Shown in pieces: positions 45,331-53,582 of a stretch of DNA of 64,000 nucleotides (the first letter of the stretch is position 1; each line of letters opens with the position of its first letter). The stretch is from Candidatus Omnitrophota bacterium (GTDB lineage Bacteria; Omnitrophota; Gorgyraeia; Zapsychrales; Zapsychraceae). The notes under the pieces are model-generated. The model searched no databases, was not told where the DNA came from, and saw nothing but the letters and a program-made list of their open reading frames with translations. The stretch lies in contig JAJDCB010000011.1 in assembly GCA_029261065.1 (NCBI GenBank), positions 111,168-175,167 of the forward strand, written 5' to 3'. The position numbers were made by a program, and so were the translations under genes.

Positions 45331-45585
45331 TTATTGTAAAGGATGCAACAACCTCTTTTTAAGAAATGCAAACCCAGAACCAGATTTCAAATATCTTTCC
45401 AAATCAGCTGCTAATTTTTTATTCTTAAGAGCAATATACGTTTCAATCTCCCAGGGAGAGTAGCGTTTGCTAAAAATTACTTTATTACTGTTGTGTTCTT
45501 TTATACGTTTTTCTAAATCTTGAGTGAATCCAATATAAATTTGTCCGGTTTGTTTTAAGCTTTTTAGAATGTAAACGTAGTACAT
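45331..45585 (-). CDS. Stand-alone GIY-YIG endonuclease (84 aa)
   Basis: MYYVYILKS...IYIGFTQDLEKRIKEHN...ERYLKSGSG. Confidence 0.92.
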   Translation of the reverse strand: MYYVYILKSLKQTGQIYIGFTQDLEKRIKEHNSNKVIFSKRYSPWEIETYIALKNKKLAADLERYLKSGSGFAFLKKRLLHPLQ

Positions 45586-45672
45586 TTTTGCCTTTTTGAT
45601 GTAATTTGTAAAGGGGCAATGTAATACGCGTAATTTTTGATAGAGCAACTAGCTTATTTTTGTTCAAATAGA

Positions 45673-46051
45673 GCAAGAGCTCTTCTACGTTCCAATACTT
45701 TCGTGTTGGAACTACGAAGAAGCATTCTCTACGCTCAAATTATTAAATTAGAAGGACTTGTTTCTTCGAAGCTGAAACATATGCGTGCAATGCGTAACCT
45801 TAATATTCGCAAGAGCTCTTCTACGTTCCAATACTTTCGTGTTGGAACTACGAAGAAGCATTCTCTACGCTCAAATTACTAAATTAGAAGGACTTGTTTC
45901 TTCGAAGCTGAAACATATGCGTGCAATGCGTAACCTTAATATTCGCAAGAGTTCTTCTACGTTCCAATACTTTCGTGTTGGAACTACGAAGAAGCATTCT
46001 CTACGCTCAAATTACTAAATTAGAAGGACTTGTTTCTTCGAAGCTCAAACA
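45673..46051. repeat. 136-bp tandem repeat, ~2.8 near-identical copies
   Basis: Units start at 45673, 45809 and 45945 (GCAAGAGCTCTTCTACGTTCCAATACTTTCGTGTTGGAAC...). Confidence 0.95.
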
Positions 46052-46075
46052 CGGAAGTATTTGAGCGTAGAAGAA

Positions 46076-46148
46076 TGGACCCGAGGGGGTTCGAACCCCT
46101 GACTTCTACAATGCCATTGTAGCACTCTCCCAACTGAGCTACGGGCCC
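46076..46148 (-). tRNA. tRNA-Ala (GGC)
   Basis: Reverse complement GGGCCCGTAGCTCAGTTGGGAGAGTGCTACAATGGCATTGTAGAAGTCAGGGGTTCGAACCCCCTCGGGTCCA; CCA not encoded. Confidence 0.96.
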
Positions 46149-46192
46149 AAATAAAGTCTTTTTTTTTGCAGCATATATCCGAATGATGGATC

Positions 46193-46221
46193 AATATATC
46201 ATCGCCGCTAGTTCTTGTCAA
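46193..46221 (-). promoter_or_regulatory. Putative sigma70 promoter of tRNA-Ala
   Basis: TTGACA-N17-TATATT on the minus strand, ~45 nt before the tRNA. Confidence 0.6.
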
Positions 46222-46252
46222 CTTTATCAGGGGTGGTGGTGATATGCTAATC

Positions 46253-46373
46253 TTGTGAGCTCACGGTGCCAGCGAGGCACAGTATTCCAGGCGAGTTACG
46301 ACCCCGCCATAGAAAGGCGGGGGAGTTGTTTGAGCTTGGAATATTGTGCCTCGCTGGCACCGTGAGCTCACAA
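46253..46373. mobile_element. MITE-like 121-bp element with ~40-bp terminal inverted repeats
   Basis: TTGTGAGCTCACGGTGCCAGCGAGGCACAGTATTCCAGGC ... GCTTGGAATATTGTGCCTCGCTGGCACCGTGAGCTCACAA; central CCCCGCC..GGCGGGG hairpin. Confidence 0.6.
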
Positions 46374-46401
46374 AAGGGCGGTATGTTGCGCGTGTCATTA
46401 C

Positions 46402-46454
46402 AGTCAACCTGTTATTTGAATTTGGTTGACAATGAAATTGGTACACGTTAAAAT
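46402..46454 (+). promoter_or_regulatory. BirA-type operator overlapping a sigma70 promoter upstream of iscS
   Basis: GTCAACC-N14-GGTTGACAA (46403-46432); TTGACA (46426-46431)-N17-TAAAAT (46449-46454). Confidence 0.7.
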
Positions 46455-46482
46455 TGAGTCGATTTTAATTAAGGAATAGTCT

Positions 46483-47622
46483 ATGGAAAAAATATATTTT
46501 GATTATGCGGCCACCACGCCAACCGACCCCGAAGTGATTAAGGCGATGCAACCCTATTTTTTTGAACACTTTGGGAACGCTTCAAGTCCCCACTCTATTG
46601 GGCGGGAATCTCAAAAGGCCTTGGAAGATGCTAGAGGGGTTGTTTCTCAATTTGTGGGAGCTAATCCTAATGATATCGTTTTTAATTCTGGGGCCACGGA
46701 AGGTAATAATCATGCGATTAGTGGGATTGTTTACCATGCGATGGATCGGGGAAATCATATTGTTGTGTGTTCAGCAGAACATCATTCTGTACTCGTACCA
46801 ATCGAACAATTACAACGGGATGGTTTTAAAGTCACGTATTTGCCCGTTGATTCAAATGGGCTTGTTGATCCTGCATCGGTCAAAGCGGCTATAAATGATC
46901 AAACTATCTTGATTGCTGTCATGCATGCCAACAATGAAGTGGGTAGTATTCAACCTATTAAAGAGATAAGCGTCATTGCCAAAGAAAGAAATATTCCTTT
47001 CTTAGTTGATGCTTGTCAGAGCGTGGGTCATTTGTCTTTGGATGTTAATGAATTGGGTTGCGATCTATTAACTTTTTCGGCACATAAATTTTATGGGCCT
47101 AAGGGTGTTGGCGCAATATATATAAGAGAAGGTATTAAGGTTTCTTCATTTTTGTTGGGAGGTGATCAAGAAAGAGATCGGCGGGCCTCTACACAAAATA
47201 TTTCGGCCATAGTTGGGATGGCAAAGGCCATCGAGCTTTGTAAAGATGAGTTGTTAACAGAGTATGCACGAGAAGAAAAAATGCGTGACAGGCTTATTGA
47301 AGAAATACCAAAACGGATTGATGGGGTTAAGGTTAATGGCGATTTGAAAAACCGTTTAGCGAACAACGCACATTTTTCTTTTGAAAATCTTGAGGGCGAA
47401 TCCTTATTAATGAGTTTGGATATGCAAGGTATTTGTGCCTCAATGGGATCAGCATGCACATCCGGTGCGATGGAACCATCGCATGTGTTACGGGCTATGG
47501 GATTAGATGATGCTCTTGCTTATGGATCGTTACGGATTACGCTGGGGCGATGGACAACGGATGAGAATATTGATTTTTTACTAGAGCAGTTGCCGCAATT
47601 GGTGGGAAGTTTACGTTTGTAA
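46483..47622 (+). CDS. iscS: Cysteine desulfurase (IscS/NifS family)
   Basis: YFDYAATTP, SGATE, MHANNEVG, SAHKFYGPKG, GSACTSG. Confidence 0.93.
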   Translation: MEKIYFDYAATTPTDPEVIKAMQPYFFEHFGNASSPHSIGRESQKALEDARGVVSQFVGANPNDIVFNSGATEGNNHAISGIVYHAMDRGNHIVVCSAEHHSVLVPIEQLQRDGFKVTYLPVDSNGLVDPASVKAAINDQTILIAVMHANNEVGSIQPIKEISVIAKERNIPFLVDACQSVGHLSLDVNELGCDLLTFSAHKFYGPKGVGAIYIREGIKVSSFLLGGDQERDRRASTQNISAIVGMAKAIELCKDELLTEYAREEKMRDRLIEEIPKRIDGVKVNGDLKNRLANNAHFSFENLEGESLLMSLDMQGICASMGSACTSGAMEPSHVLRAMGLDDALAYGSLRITLGRWTTDENIDFLLEQLPQLVGSLRL

Positions 47623-47691
47623 GTTATCGCACGGATCCCCGCTTTCGTGGGGATGACAAGGCTTTCTGTCATTCCCGCGAAAGCGGGGATC
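47623..47691. repeat. dRS3/REP-like palindromic repeat, copy 3 (two half-elements)
   Basis: GGATCCCCGCTTTCGTGGGGATGACA ... TGTCATTCCCGCGAAAGCGGGGATC. Confidence 0.85.
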
Positions 47692-47699
47692 ACTTAATC

Positions 47700-48653
47700 A
47701 TGAAAATAAAAATTCTTCAACATCTCAAAAATACCTCCACCCACATCTCCGGTGAACAGATAAGTAAACAGCTTAAGATTAGCCGTAGTGCGATCTGGAA
47801 AAATATTGAAGAACTTCGTAAAGACGGTTATCTCATCGAGGCCACACCACATTTAGGTTACACCCTTAAATCCATTCCTGATAAACTTCTCGCCCATGAA
47901 ATTCAAGATCAACTTCAAACTAAGTTTGTTGGAAAAAATTTTGTATGGCATGATTCTTTAGAATCCACCATGAGTCTAGCCTTCAAACTAGGCTTAGAAG
48001 GCGCCCAAGAAGGCACAGTTGTGTGCGCAGAAGGGCAAACCAAAGGGAAAGGGCGTTTAGGTCGTGTATGGAACTCTCCAAAAAGAAAGGGCATTTACCT
48101 TTCAATCATTTTACGACCATCTCTTAGTCTTCAAGATGTTTCTAAGTTAACACTTTTAACAGCCGTTGCTCTATGTGAAGCTATCACTAAACAAACACGT
48201 TTATCCGGGTTTATTAAATGGCCCAATGATATATTAATGAATCAGAAAAAAGTTTCTGGAATTCTAACAGAATTGCATGCTGAGCTTGATCAAGTGCGGT
48301 TTGTTGTTATTGGTATTGGGATTAATGTTAATGCATCACTGCAACAATTGCCTGAAAATGCAACATCTCTTAAATGCGAGAAGGGGGATGCGATTAATCG
48401 GATTGCTTTAACACAAGAGGTCTTAAGGTATGTTGAAAATTGGTATGAACATGTTTTAGAACATGGCTTTGATTTAATCATGAAAAGATGGAAAGAATTG
48501 TCTTTAACGATTGGTCATCAAATTGAATTTGTTGATCAAAATGGAAAGGTTCGTGGTAAGGCTATTGATGTTGATGAGTATGGAGGTTTGATTATTGAGG
48601 ATCATTCAGGAATAAGGGTTAAAAAAATGTCGGGTGAAGTCATTCAACTTTAG
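47700..48653 (+). CDS. birA: Bifunctional biotin ligase/repressor BirA
   Basis: N-terminal HTH (SGEQISKQLKISRSAIWK), QTKGKGRLGRVW, KWPND, KVSGIL. Confidence 0.96.
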   Translation: MKIKILQHLKNTSTHISGEQISKQLKISRSAIWKNIEELRKDGYLIEATPHLGYTLKSIPDKLLAHEIQDQLQTKFVGKNFVWHDSLESTMSLAFKLGLEGAQEGTVVCAEGQTKGKGRLGRVWNSPKRKGIYLSIILRPSLSLQDVSKLTLLTAVALCEAITKQTRLSGFIKWPNDILMNQKKVSGILTELHAELDQVRFVVIGIGINVNASLQQLPENATSLKCEKGDAINRIALTQEVLRYVENWYEHVLEHGFDLIMKRWKELSLTIGHQIEFVDQNGKVRGKAIDVDEYGGLIIEDHSGIRVKKMSGEVIQL

Positions 48654-48662
48654 AATTGATTT

Positions 48663-49802
48663 ATGAAAAAAGAAAATTTAAAACGAACGTTGCGAAAGGT
48701 TAAGGGAGCTCAGGATCGTACTATCGTTCTTGAAGGAAAAGAGCTTCTTAATTTTTGTTCGAATAATTATTTAGGATTAGCAAATGACAAACGTCTTTTA
48801 AAAGCAGCGCAAGAAAGTATGAAAACGGAAGGTTTCGGAGCTGGAGCTTCAAGATTGGTTTGTGGTAATATGGCTGCTCATCAGGAACTTGAGGAGAAGA
48901 TGTGTCAGTTTAAAAAAAGCGAAGGGTGCCTTGTCTTTAGTAGTGGCTACATGGCCAATATCGGCATTATCTCAGCGTTGTTTTCTAAAGACGACATTAT
49001 TTTCTCAGATCGTCTTAATCATGCCTCGATAGTTGATGGTATTAAGTTAAGCGGTGCGAAATTTAAACGTTATCCTCACTCTGATATGAAGGCGCTTGAG
49101 AAAATGCTTAAAGAATTTAAGGAGATCAAACGAAAAGTAATTATTACGGATAGTATTTTTAGTATGGATGGCGATATTGCCCCACTTGATGAGATTGTCA
49201 GGCTTGCTAAGAAATATAAAAGTTTAGTGATGATTGATGAGGCGCATGCCTTAGGCGTGATTGGAAAAAATGGAAGAGGGTTAGCTGAGCATTTTGATGT
49301 TGAGAAAGATATTGATATTCAGATGGGTACTTTCTCAAAAGCTGTTGGATCTTTTGGAGCTTATTGTTGTGGCAAAAAGGAATTGATGGATGAATTAATT
49401 AATAAAGCGAGAAGCTTTATCTATACAACGGGCTTACCTCCAGCAGTTTGTGCCGCGTCGTCTAAGGGGATTGATATTATTCAACAAGAAGAAGCGTTAA
49501 GAAAGAAATTGTGGGATAATACTTACTTCATTCGAGGAGAGTTAACAAGTGCGGGATTTGACACGCAATATTCTCAAACACCTATTATTCCTATTGTTGT
49601 TAAAGACTCCGATCTTGCTTTAGAGTTTTCAAAGAGATTAGTGAAAGAAGGCGTTTTTATAAGCGCCATACGGCCTCCGACGGTTCCAAATAATACTGCA
49701 CGCATGCGTTTGTCGATTACGGCGAAGCATACTAAAGATGATTGTGAAAAAGTTGTTGAGGTGTTGAAAAAAGTTGGTGGAGAATTGAAAATTATTAATT
49801 AA
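48663..49802 (+). CDS. bioF: 8-amino-7-oxononanoate synthase
   Basis: FCSNNYLGLA, GAGASRL, NHASIVDG, DEAHA, GTFSKA, IRPPTVP. Confidence 0.96.
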   Translation: MKKENLKRTLRKVKGAQDRTIVLEGKELLNFCSNNYLGLANDKRLLKAAQESMKTEGFGAGASRLVCGNMAAHQELEEKMCQFKKSEGCLVFSSGYMANIGIISALFSKDDIIFSDRLNHASIVDGIKLSGAKFKRYPHSDMKALEKMLKEFKEIKRKVIITDSIFSMDGDIAPLDEIVRLAKKYKSLVMIDEAHALGVIGKNGRGLAEHFDVEKDIDIQMGTFSKAVGSFGAYCCGKKELMDELINKARSFIYTTGLPPAVCAASSKGIDIIQQEEALRKKLWDNTYFIRGELTSAGFDTQYSQTPIIPIVVKDSDLALEFSKRLVKEGVFISAIRPPTVPNNTARMRLSITAKHTKDDCEKVVEVLKKVGGELKIIN

Positions 49803-49829
49803 TAAAAGGGAAGTAATTTCCAAGTTACA

Positions 49830-50660
49830 TTGCCCGAAAGGTTCGCAACATTGCCAGAATTTAAAACACAATCCGGTATCACCTGGAATTTTATTCACGA
49901 AGGAACGGGCGAAGCTCTCGTTTTTATTCATGGTTGGGGTATGGATGGTCGCATATGGCGTCAGCAGATAAAACATTTTTCAGAAAAGTTTCAGGTGATT
50001 TCTCTAGATTTACCGGGTCATGGTAAGAGCAGTTGGCAAAAAGTTGATTTAAAAACAATGGTGATGGACATTAAGAAGTTGCTTGAGGCGCTAGAGATAA
50101 AGAAGGTAAATTTTGTTGGGAGCTCACTTGGTGGTTTGGTTATGCTTAAATATTATGAAGCGTTCCCGAAAGACGTTTCCCGAATGATCTTTGTGGGATC
50201 TATGCCGAAGTTTTCTAAATCAGAAGATTATCCTTTCGGACTTGATGTTCCTAAAATGAGAAAGTTAGGCGATCAGGTTGAGGATGCTTATCCAGCGATT
50301 GTCGATGTCTTTTTTCGTTCGCTTTTTACACGAGAAGAAAGAGAGTCCCGACGTTTTAAATGGATGCAAAAGTTTCGACGTACCACCGATGCCCCTATGC
50401 AGGCATCCTTAATTGAATATCTTGATATTTTAGAACAAGAAGATTTAAGAAATGTTTTACCAACAATTGCAGTTCCCGCGCAATTTATGAATGGCCGTGA
50501 AGATCAGATTTGTACCTTTGATGCGGTTGAGTTTATCAAAACGTTATTACCACAAGCCCATTATCATTATTTTGAGAAGTGTGGTCATTTCCCTTTTCTT
50601 AGCAAGGCTTACGAATTTAATGAAGTATTAGATCAGTTTATCCTGGAATCAAAAACATGA
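49830..50660 (+). CDS. bioH: Alpha/beta hydrolase, pimeloyl-ACP methyl ester esterase-like
   Basis: HGWG, DLPGHG, GSSLGG, GHFPF; located between bioF and bioC. Confidence 0.8.
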   Translation: MPERFATLPEFKTQSGITWNFIHEGTGEALVFIHGWGMDGRIWRQQIKHFSEKFQVISLDLPGHGKSSWQKVDLKTMVMDIKKLLEALEIKKVNFVGSSLGGLVMLKYYEAFPKDVSRMIFVGSMPKFSKSEDYPFGLDVPKMRKLGDQVEDAYPAIVDVFFRSLFTREERESRRFKWMQKFRRTTDAPMQASLIEYLDILEQEDLRNVLPTIAVPAQFMNGREDQICTFDAVEFIKTLLPQAHYHYFEKCGHFPFLSKAYEFNEVLDQFILESKT

Positions 50661-51454
50661 AAATAGTTTCTCCCTTAAAATTGATTGATGCTAAGGTTCG
50701 CGAGGCGTTTTCTGATGCGGCCATTCAATATGACGTCTTGTCATCGTTGCATCGTGAAATTGGTCGTGAATTAACTAAAAGACTGGTTACAGAAAAACCA
50801 TGCAAGGCTCTGTTAGATGTTGGTTCAGGTACCGGGTGGATGACGAACAGGATGTCGAATGTTTTCGCTGATGCCAAAGTTGTTGGTCTTGATCATGCTC
50901 CGGGGATGATAAAGCAAGCAAAAGAAAAATATGAAGGTTTAACATTTGTTGAGGCAAATGCAAATAAGTTGCCTTTTAAAGCGGATACTTTTGATATCAT
51001 CACATCTAATTTAGCTTACCAATGGATTGGTAATTTAAGAGAAGGTTTTAAGGAGTGTTTTGATAAGTTAGCGGATGAAGGGTTGTTGTGTTTAACGATG
51101 TTTGGTCATGAAACGTTTAAGGAATTGTTTCAAACTTTAGAAGAGGTTTCTCCACGAAAAGAAGATCAGTTGCCCATTGTGCGATTAGCCCGATGGCAAG
51201 ATGTTCGATCGACTTTAAACGAAGTTGGTTTTAAAGAGGTTAGTGTTGAATGCGAACAGATAAAAGTGCGGTTTCATGATATGTTGAGTTTGATTAAGTG
51301 GATTAAGGAGATAGGGGCGAATGCCCTAACGCGTGATTTTTTTGTAGGCAAAGATTTATTAAAAAGAGCGAGCGAACATTACAATCATGTTTATAAAGAT
51401 CGTTTAGGGGTTTATGCAACATTTGAGGTTATTTGGGTTAAGGGGTGTAAGTAA
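50657..51454 (+). CDS. bioC: Malonyl-ACP O-methyltransferase
   Basis: FSDAAIQYD, LLDVGSGTG, SNLAYQW, IKEIGAN, ATFEVI. Confidence 0.9.
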   Translation: MKIVSPLKLIDAKVREAFSDAAIQYDVLSSLHREIGRELTKRLVTEKPCKALLDVGSGTGWMTNRMSNVFADAKVVGLDHAPGMIKQAKEKYEGLTFVEANANKLPFKADTFDIITSNLAYQWIGNLREGFKECFDKLADEGLLCLTMFGHETFKELFQTLEEVSPRKEDQLPIVRLARWQDVRSTLNEVGFKEVSVECEQIKVRFHDMLSLIKWIKEIGANALTRDFFVGKDLLKRASEHYNHVYKDRLGVYATFEVIWVKGCK

Positions 51455-51466
51455 CCGGTTTGTTAT

Positions 51467-53506
51467 ATGAAAAAGAATAACGCAATTTTTATCACCGGCA
51501 CGGACACCGGAGTTGGTAAGACAATAGCAACTTATGCCCTTGGTGTTCTTTTGCAGAGCAAAGGAATCGATATAGGTGTCATGAAACCCGTACAATGTGC
51601 GGGGGATGATGCACTTTTTTTAAAAGAAAAACTAAATATCGATGACCCGTTAGATGACATCAATCCCTACTTTGCAAATGAACCTTTATCACCTCATCTT
51701 GCTTTCTCCCGTGCAAAGAAAAAAATTAATTCTTCTCGTATTATAAATATTTATCAAGCCATTAAACAAAAGCATGATCTTACTCTTATCGAGGGCGCCG
51801 GTGGTTTGATGGTGCCATTGGGAAAAGATTGTTTAGTCGCGGATCTGATTCGTGCTATGAATGCTCCAATCATTATTGTTGCGCGCCTAGGATTGGGAAC
51901 AATCAACCATACGTTATTAACCATTAGCCAAGCGCAAAGCTATGGATTAAAAGTATGTGGTGTTGTTTTTTGTGAGACGACTCGCATCAAGAAAGGTGTC
52001 GCGGAACAAACGAATCCAGAAGCTATTGAAAAGTTTGGTGGTGTTCCTGTTTTGGGTACAGTTCCATTTTTAAAAACAAAATCACGTAAAGAAATTGTCA
52101 ATCGTTGTGATTTGAATATCACTAAGTTAACATCTTCATTAAGAGATACCAAAACAAAGAAGCTTGCTGCCTTAGATAAGAAATACATGTGGCACCCTTT
52201 TACTCAAATGAAAGATTGGCAAGAGCAGGAGCCTCTCGTCATTGATCAAGCAGATGGTTGTTATCTGATCGATACAAAAGGAAAAAAGTATATTGATGGT
52301 GTTTCAAGTTTGTGGGTTAATGTGCATGGGCATCGAAAGAAAGAGTTAGATGTCGCCATCACCTCGCAGCTTAATCGGGTTTCTCACTCAACACTGCTTG
52401 GTTTATCAAACACGCCTTCTATAGAATTATCTAAAGCTCTTGTTGATATAACACCTAAGGGATTAAACAAAGTATTTTATTCTGACAATGGATCAACTTC
52501 TGTTGAAATCGGCATCAAGATGGCTTATCAGTATTGGCAAAATATGGGTAAGGCAAAGAAAAAGCAAATTGCGCATCTAGCTAATTCCTATCATGGCGAC
52601 ACATTAGGAAGTGTTAGTATTGGCGGCATTGATTTATTTCATAAGGTGTATCGCGATTTAATTTTTAAAACGATTAAAATTGATTTCCCAGATTGCTATC
52701 GTGCTCCTATAGATAAAGAGTATCCTTCTTATGCTTTTGAGTGTTTGGATAAGTTTGAGAAGCTGCTAGAAAAGAATCATGAATCCATCGCCGCGTTAGT
52801 TGTTGAGCCCATTGTGCAAGGGGCTGCTGGTATGATTGTTTGGCCAAAAGGAATATTAAAGAAGATAGCTCAACTTTGTCGTAAATATGATGTTTTTCTG
52901 ATATGCGATGAGGTGGCGACCGGTTTTGGGCGAACGGGTAAGATGTTTGCCTGTGAACATGAGGATGTTTCTCCTGATATTATGTGCTTATCTAAAGGAA
53001 TCACAGGGGGCTATCTGCCTCTGGCAGTTACACTTACAACAGATAAAATCTATGAGGGATTTTGTGGGCCTTATCAAGATTTAAAGACTTTTTTTCACGG
53101 TCATACCTATACCGGAAATCCATTATGTTGCGCGGTAGCCCTTGAAAATATCAATATCTTCAAAAAAGAGAAGACGTTACAGAAATTAGCTCCGAAGATA
53201 AAGTTTTTGGACAAAAGACTGAAAATGTTCTATAATTTGGCCTCTGTTGGTGATATTCGACAGATGGGTTTTATGGTTGGCATTGAGCTCGTTAAGGATA
53301 AAAATACGAAAGAACCGTATCCTTGGGAAGAGAAGATTGGCGTTCGGGTTTGTCAGCGATTGAGGGAAAAGGGTATTATTTTGCGCCCCTTAGGGAATGT
53401 TATTGTGATTATGCCGCCGTTGGTTATTTCGCAAACAGAGTTAAAGCGGCTTTTGGATGCGACGTATGATGCGGTTGAAGAGGTAACGCACCTGTCATCC
53501 CTGTGA
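51467..53506 (+). CDS. bioDA: Fused dethiobiotin synthetase / DAPA aminotransferase (BioD-BioA)
   Basis: FITGTDTGVGKT and IEGAGG (BioD), then WHPFTQ, SSLWVNVHGH, DEVATGFGRTG, SKGITGG, HGHTYTGNP (BioA) in one frame. Confidence 0.93.
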   Translation: MKKNNAIFITGTDTGVGKTIATYALGVLLQSKGIDIGVMKPVQCAGDDALFLKEKLNIDDPLDDINPYFANEPLSPHLAFSRAKKKINSSRIINIYQAIKQKHDLTLIEGAGGLMVPLGKDCLVADLIRAMNAPIIIVARLGLGTINHTLLTISQAQSYGLKVCGVVFCETTRIKKGVAEQTNPEAIEKFGGVPVLGTVPFLKTKSRKEIVNRCDLNITKLTSSLRDTKTKKLAALDKKYMWHPFTQMKDWQEQEPLVIDQADGCYLIDTKGKKYIDGVSSLWVNVHGHRKKELDVAITSQLNRVSHSTLLGLSNTPSIELSKALVDITPKGLNKVFYSDNGSTSVEIGIKMAYQYWQNMGKAKKKQIAHLANSYHGDTLGSVSIGGIDLFHKVYRDLIFKTIKIDFPDCYRAPIDKEYPSYAFECLDKFEKLLEKNHESIAALVVEPIVQGAAGMIVWPKGILKKIAQLCRKYDVFLICDEVATGFGRTGKMFACEHEDVSPDIMCLSKGITGGYLPLAVTLTTDKIYEGFCGPYQDLKTFFHGHTYTGNPLCCAVALENINIFKKEKTLQKLAPKIKFLDKRLKMFYNLASVGDIRQMGFMVGIELVKDKNTKEPYPWEEKIGVRVCQRLREKGIILRPLGNVIVIMPPLVISQTELKRLLDATYDAVEEVTHLSSL

Positions 53507-53571
53507 AAACGGGGAACCATTAATAGTGGATGGCTTCAAGAGGTCCCCGATAAAAACATTCGGGGATGACA
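53493..53571. repeat. dRS3/REP-like palindromic repeat, copy 4 (overlaps the bioDA stop)
   Basis: TGTCATCCCTGTGAAAACGGGG ... TCCCCGATAAAAACATTCGGGGATGACA. Confidence 0.75.
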
Positions 53572-53582
53572 CGATTAATATT

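Noticed and set aside
45637-46018. ORFs 45637-45882 and 45785-46018 (also 45040-45324 and 46261-46451)
   Set aside because: They are translations of the tandem repeat, the tRNA antisense strand or the foldback element, with no protein-like features.
45673-46051. Possible CRISPR array
   Set aside because: Whole 136-bp units are near-identical with no unique spacers, and there are no cas genes in the window.
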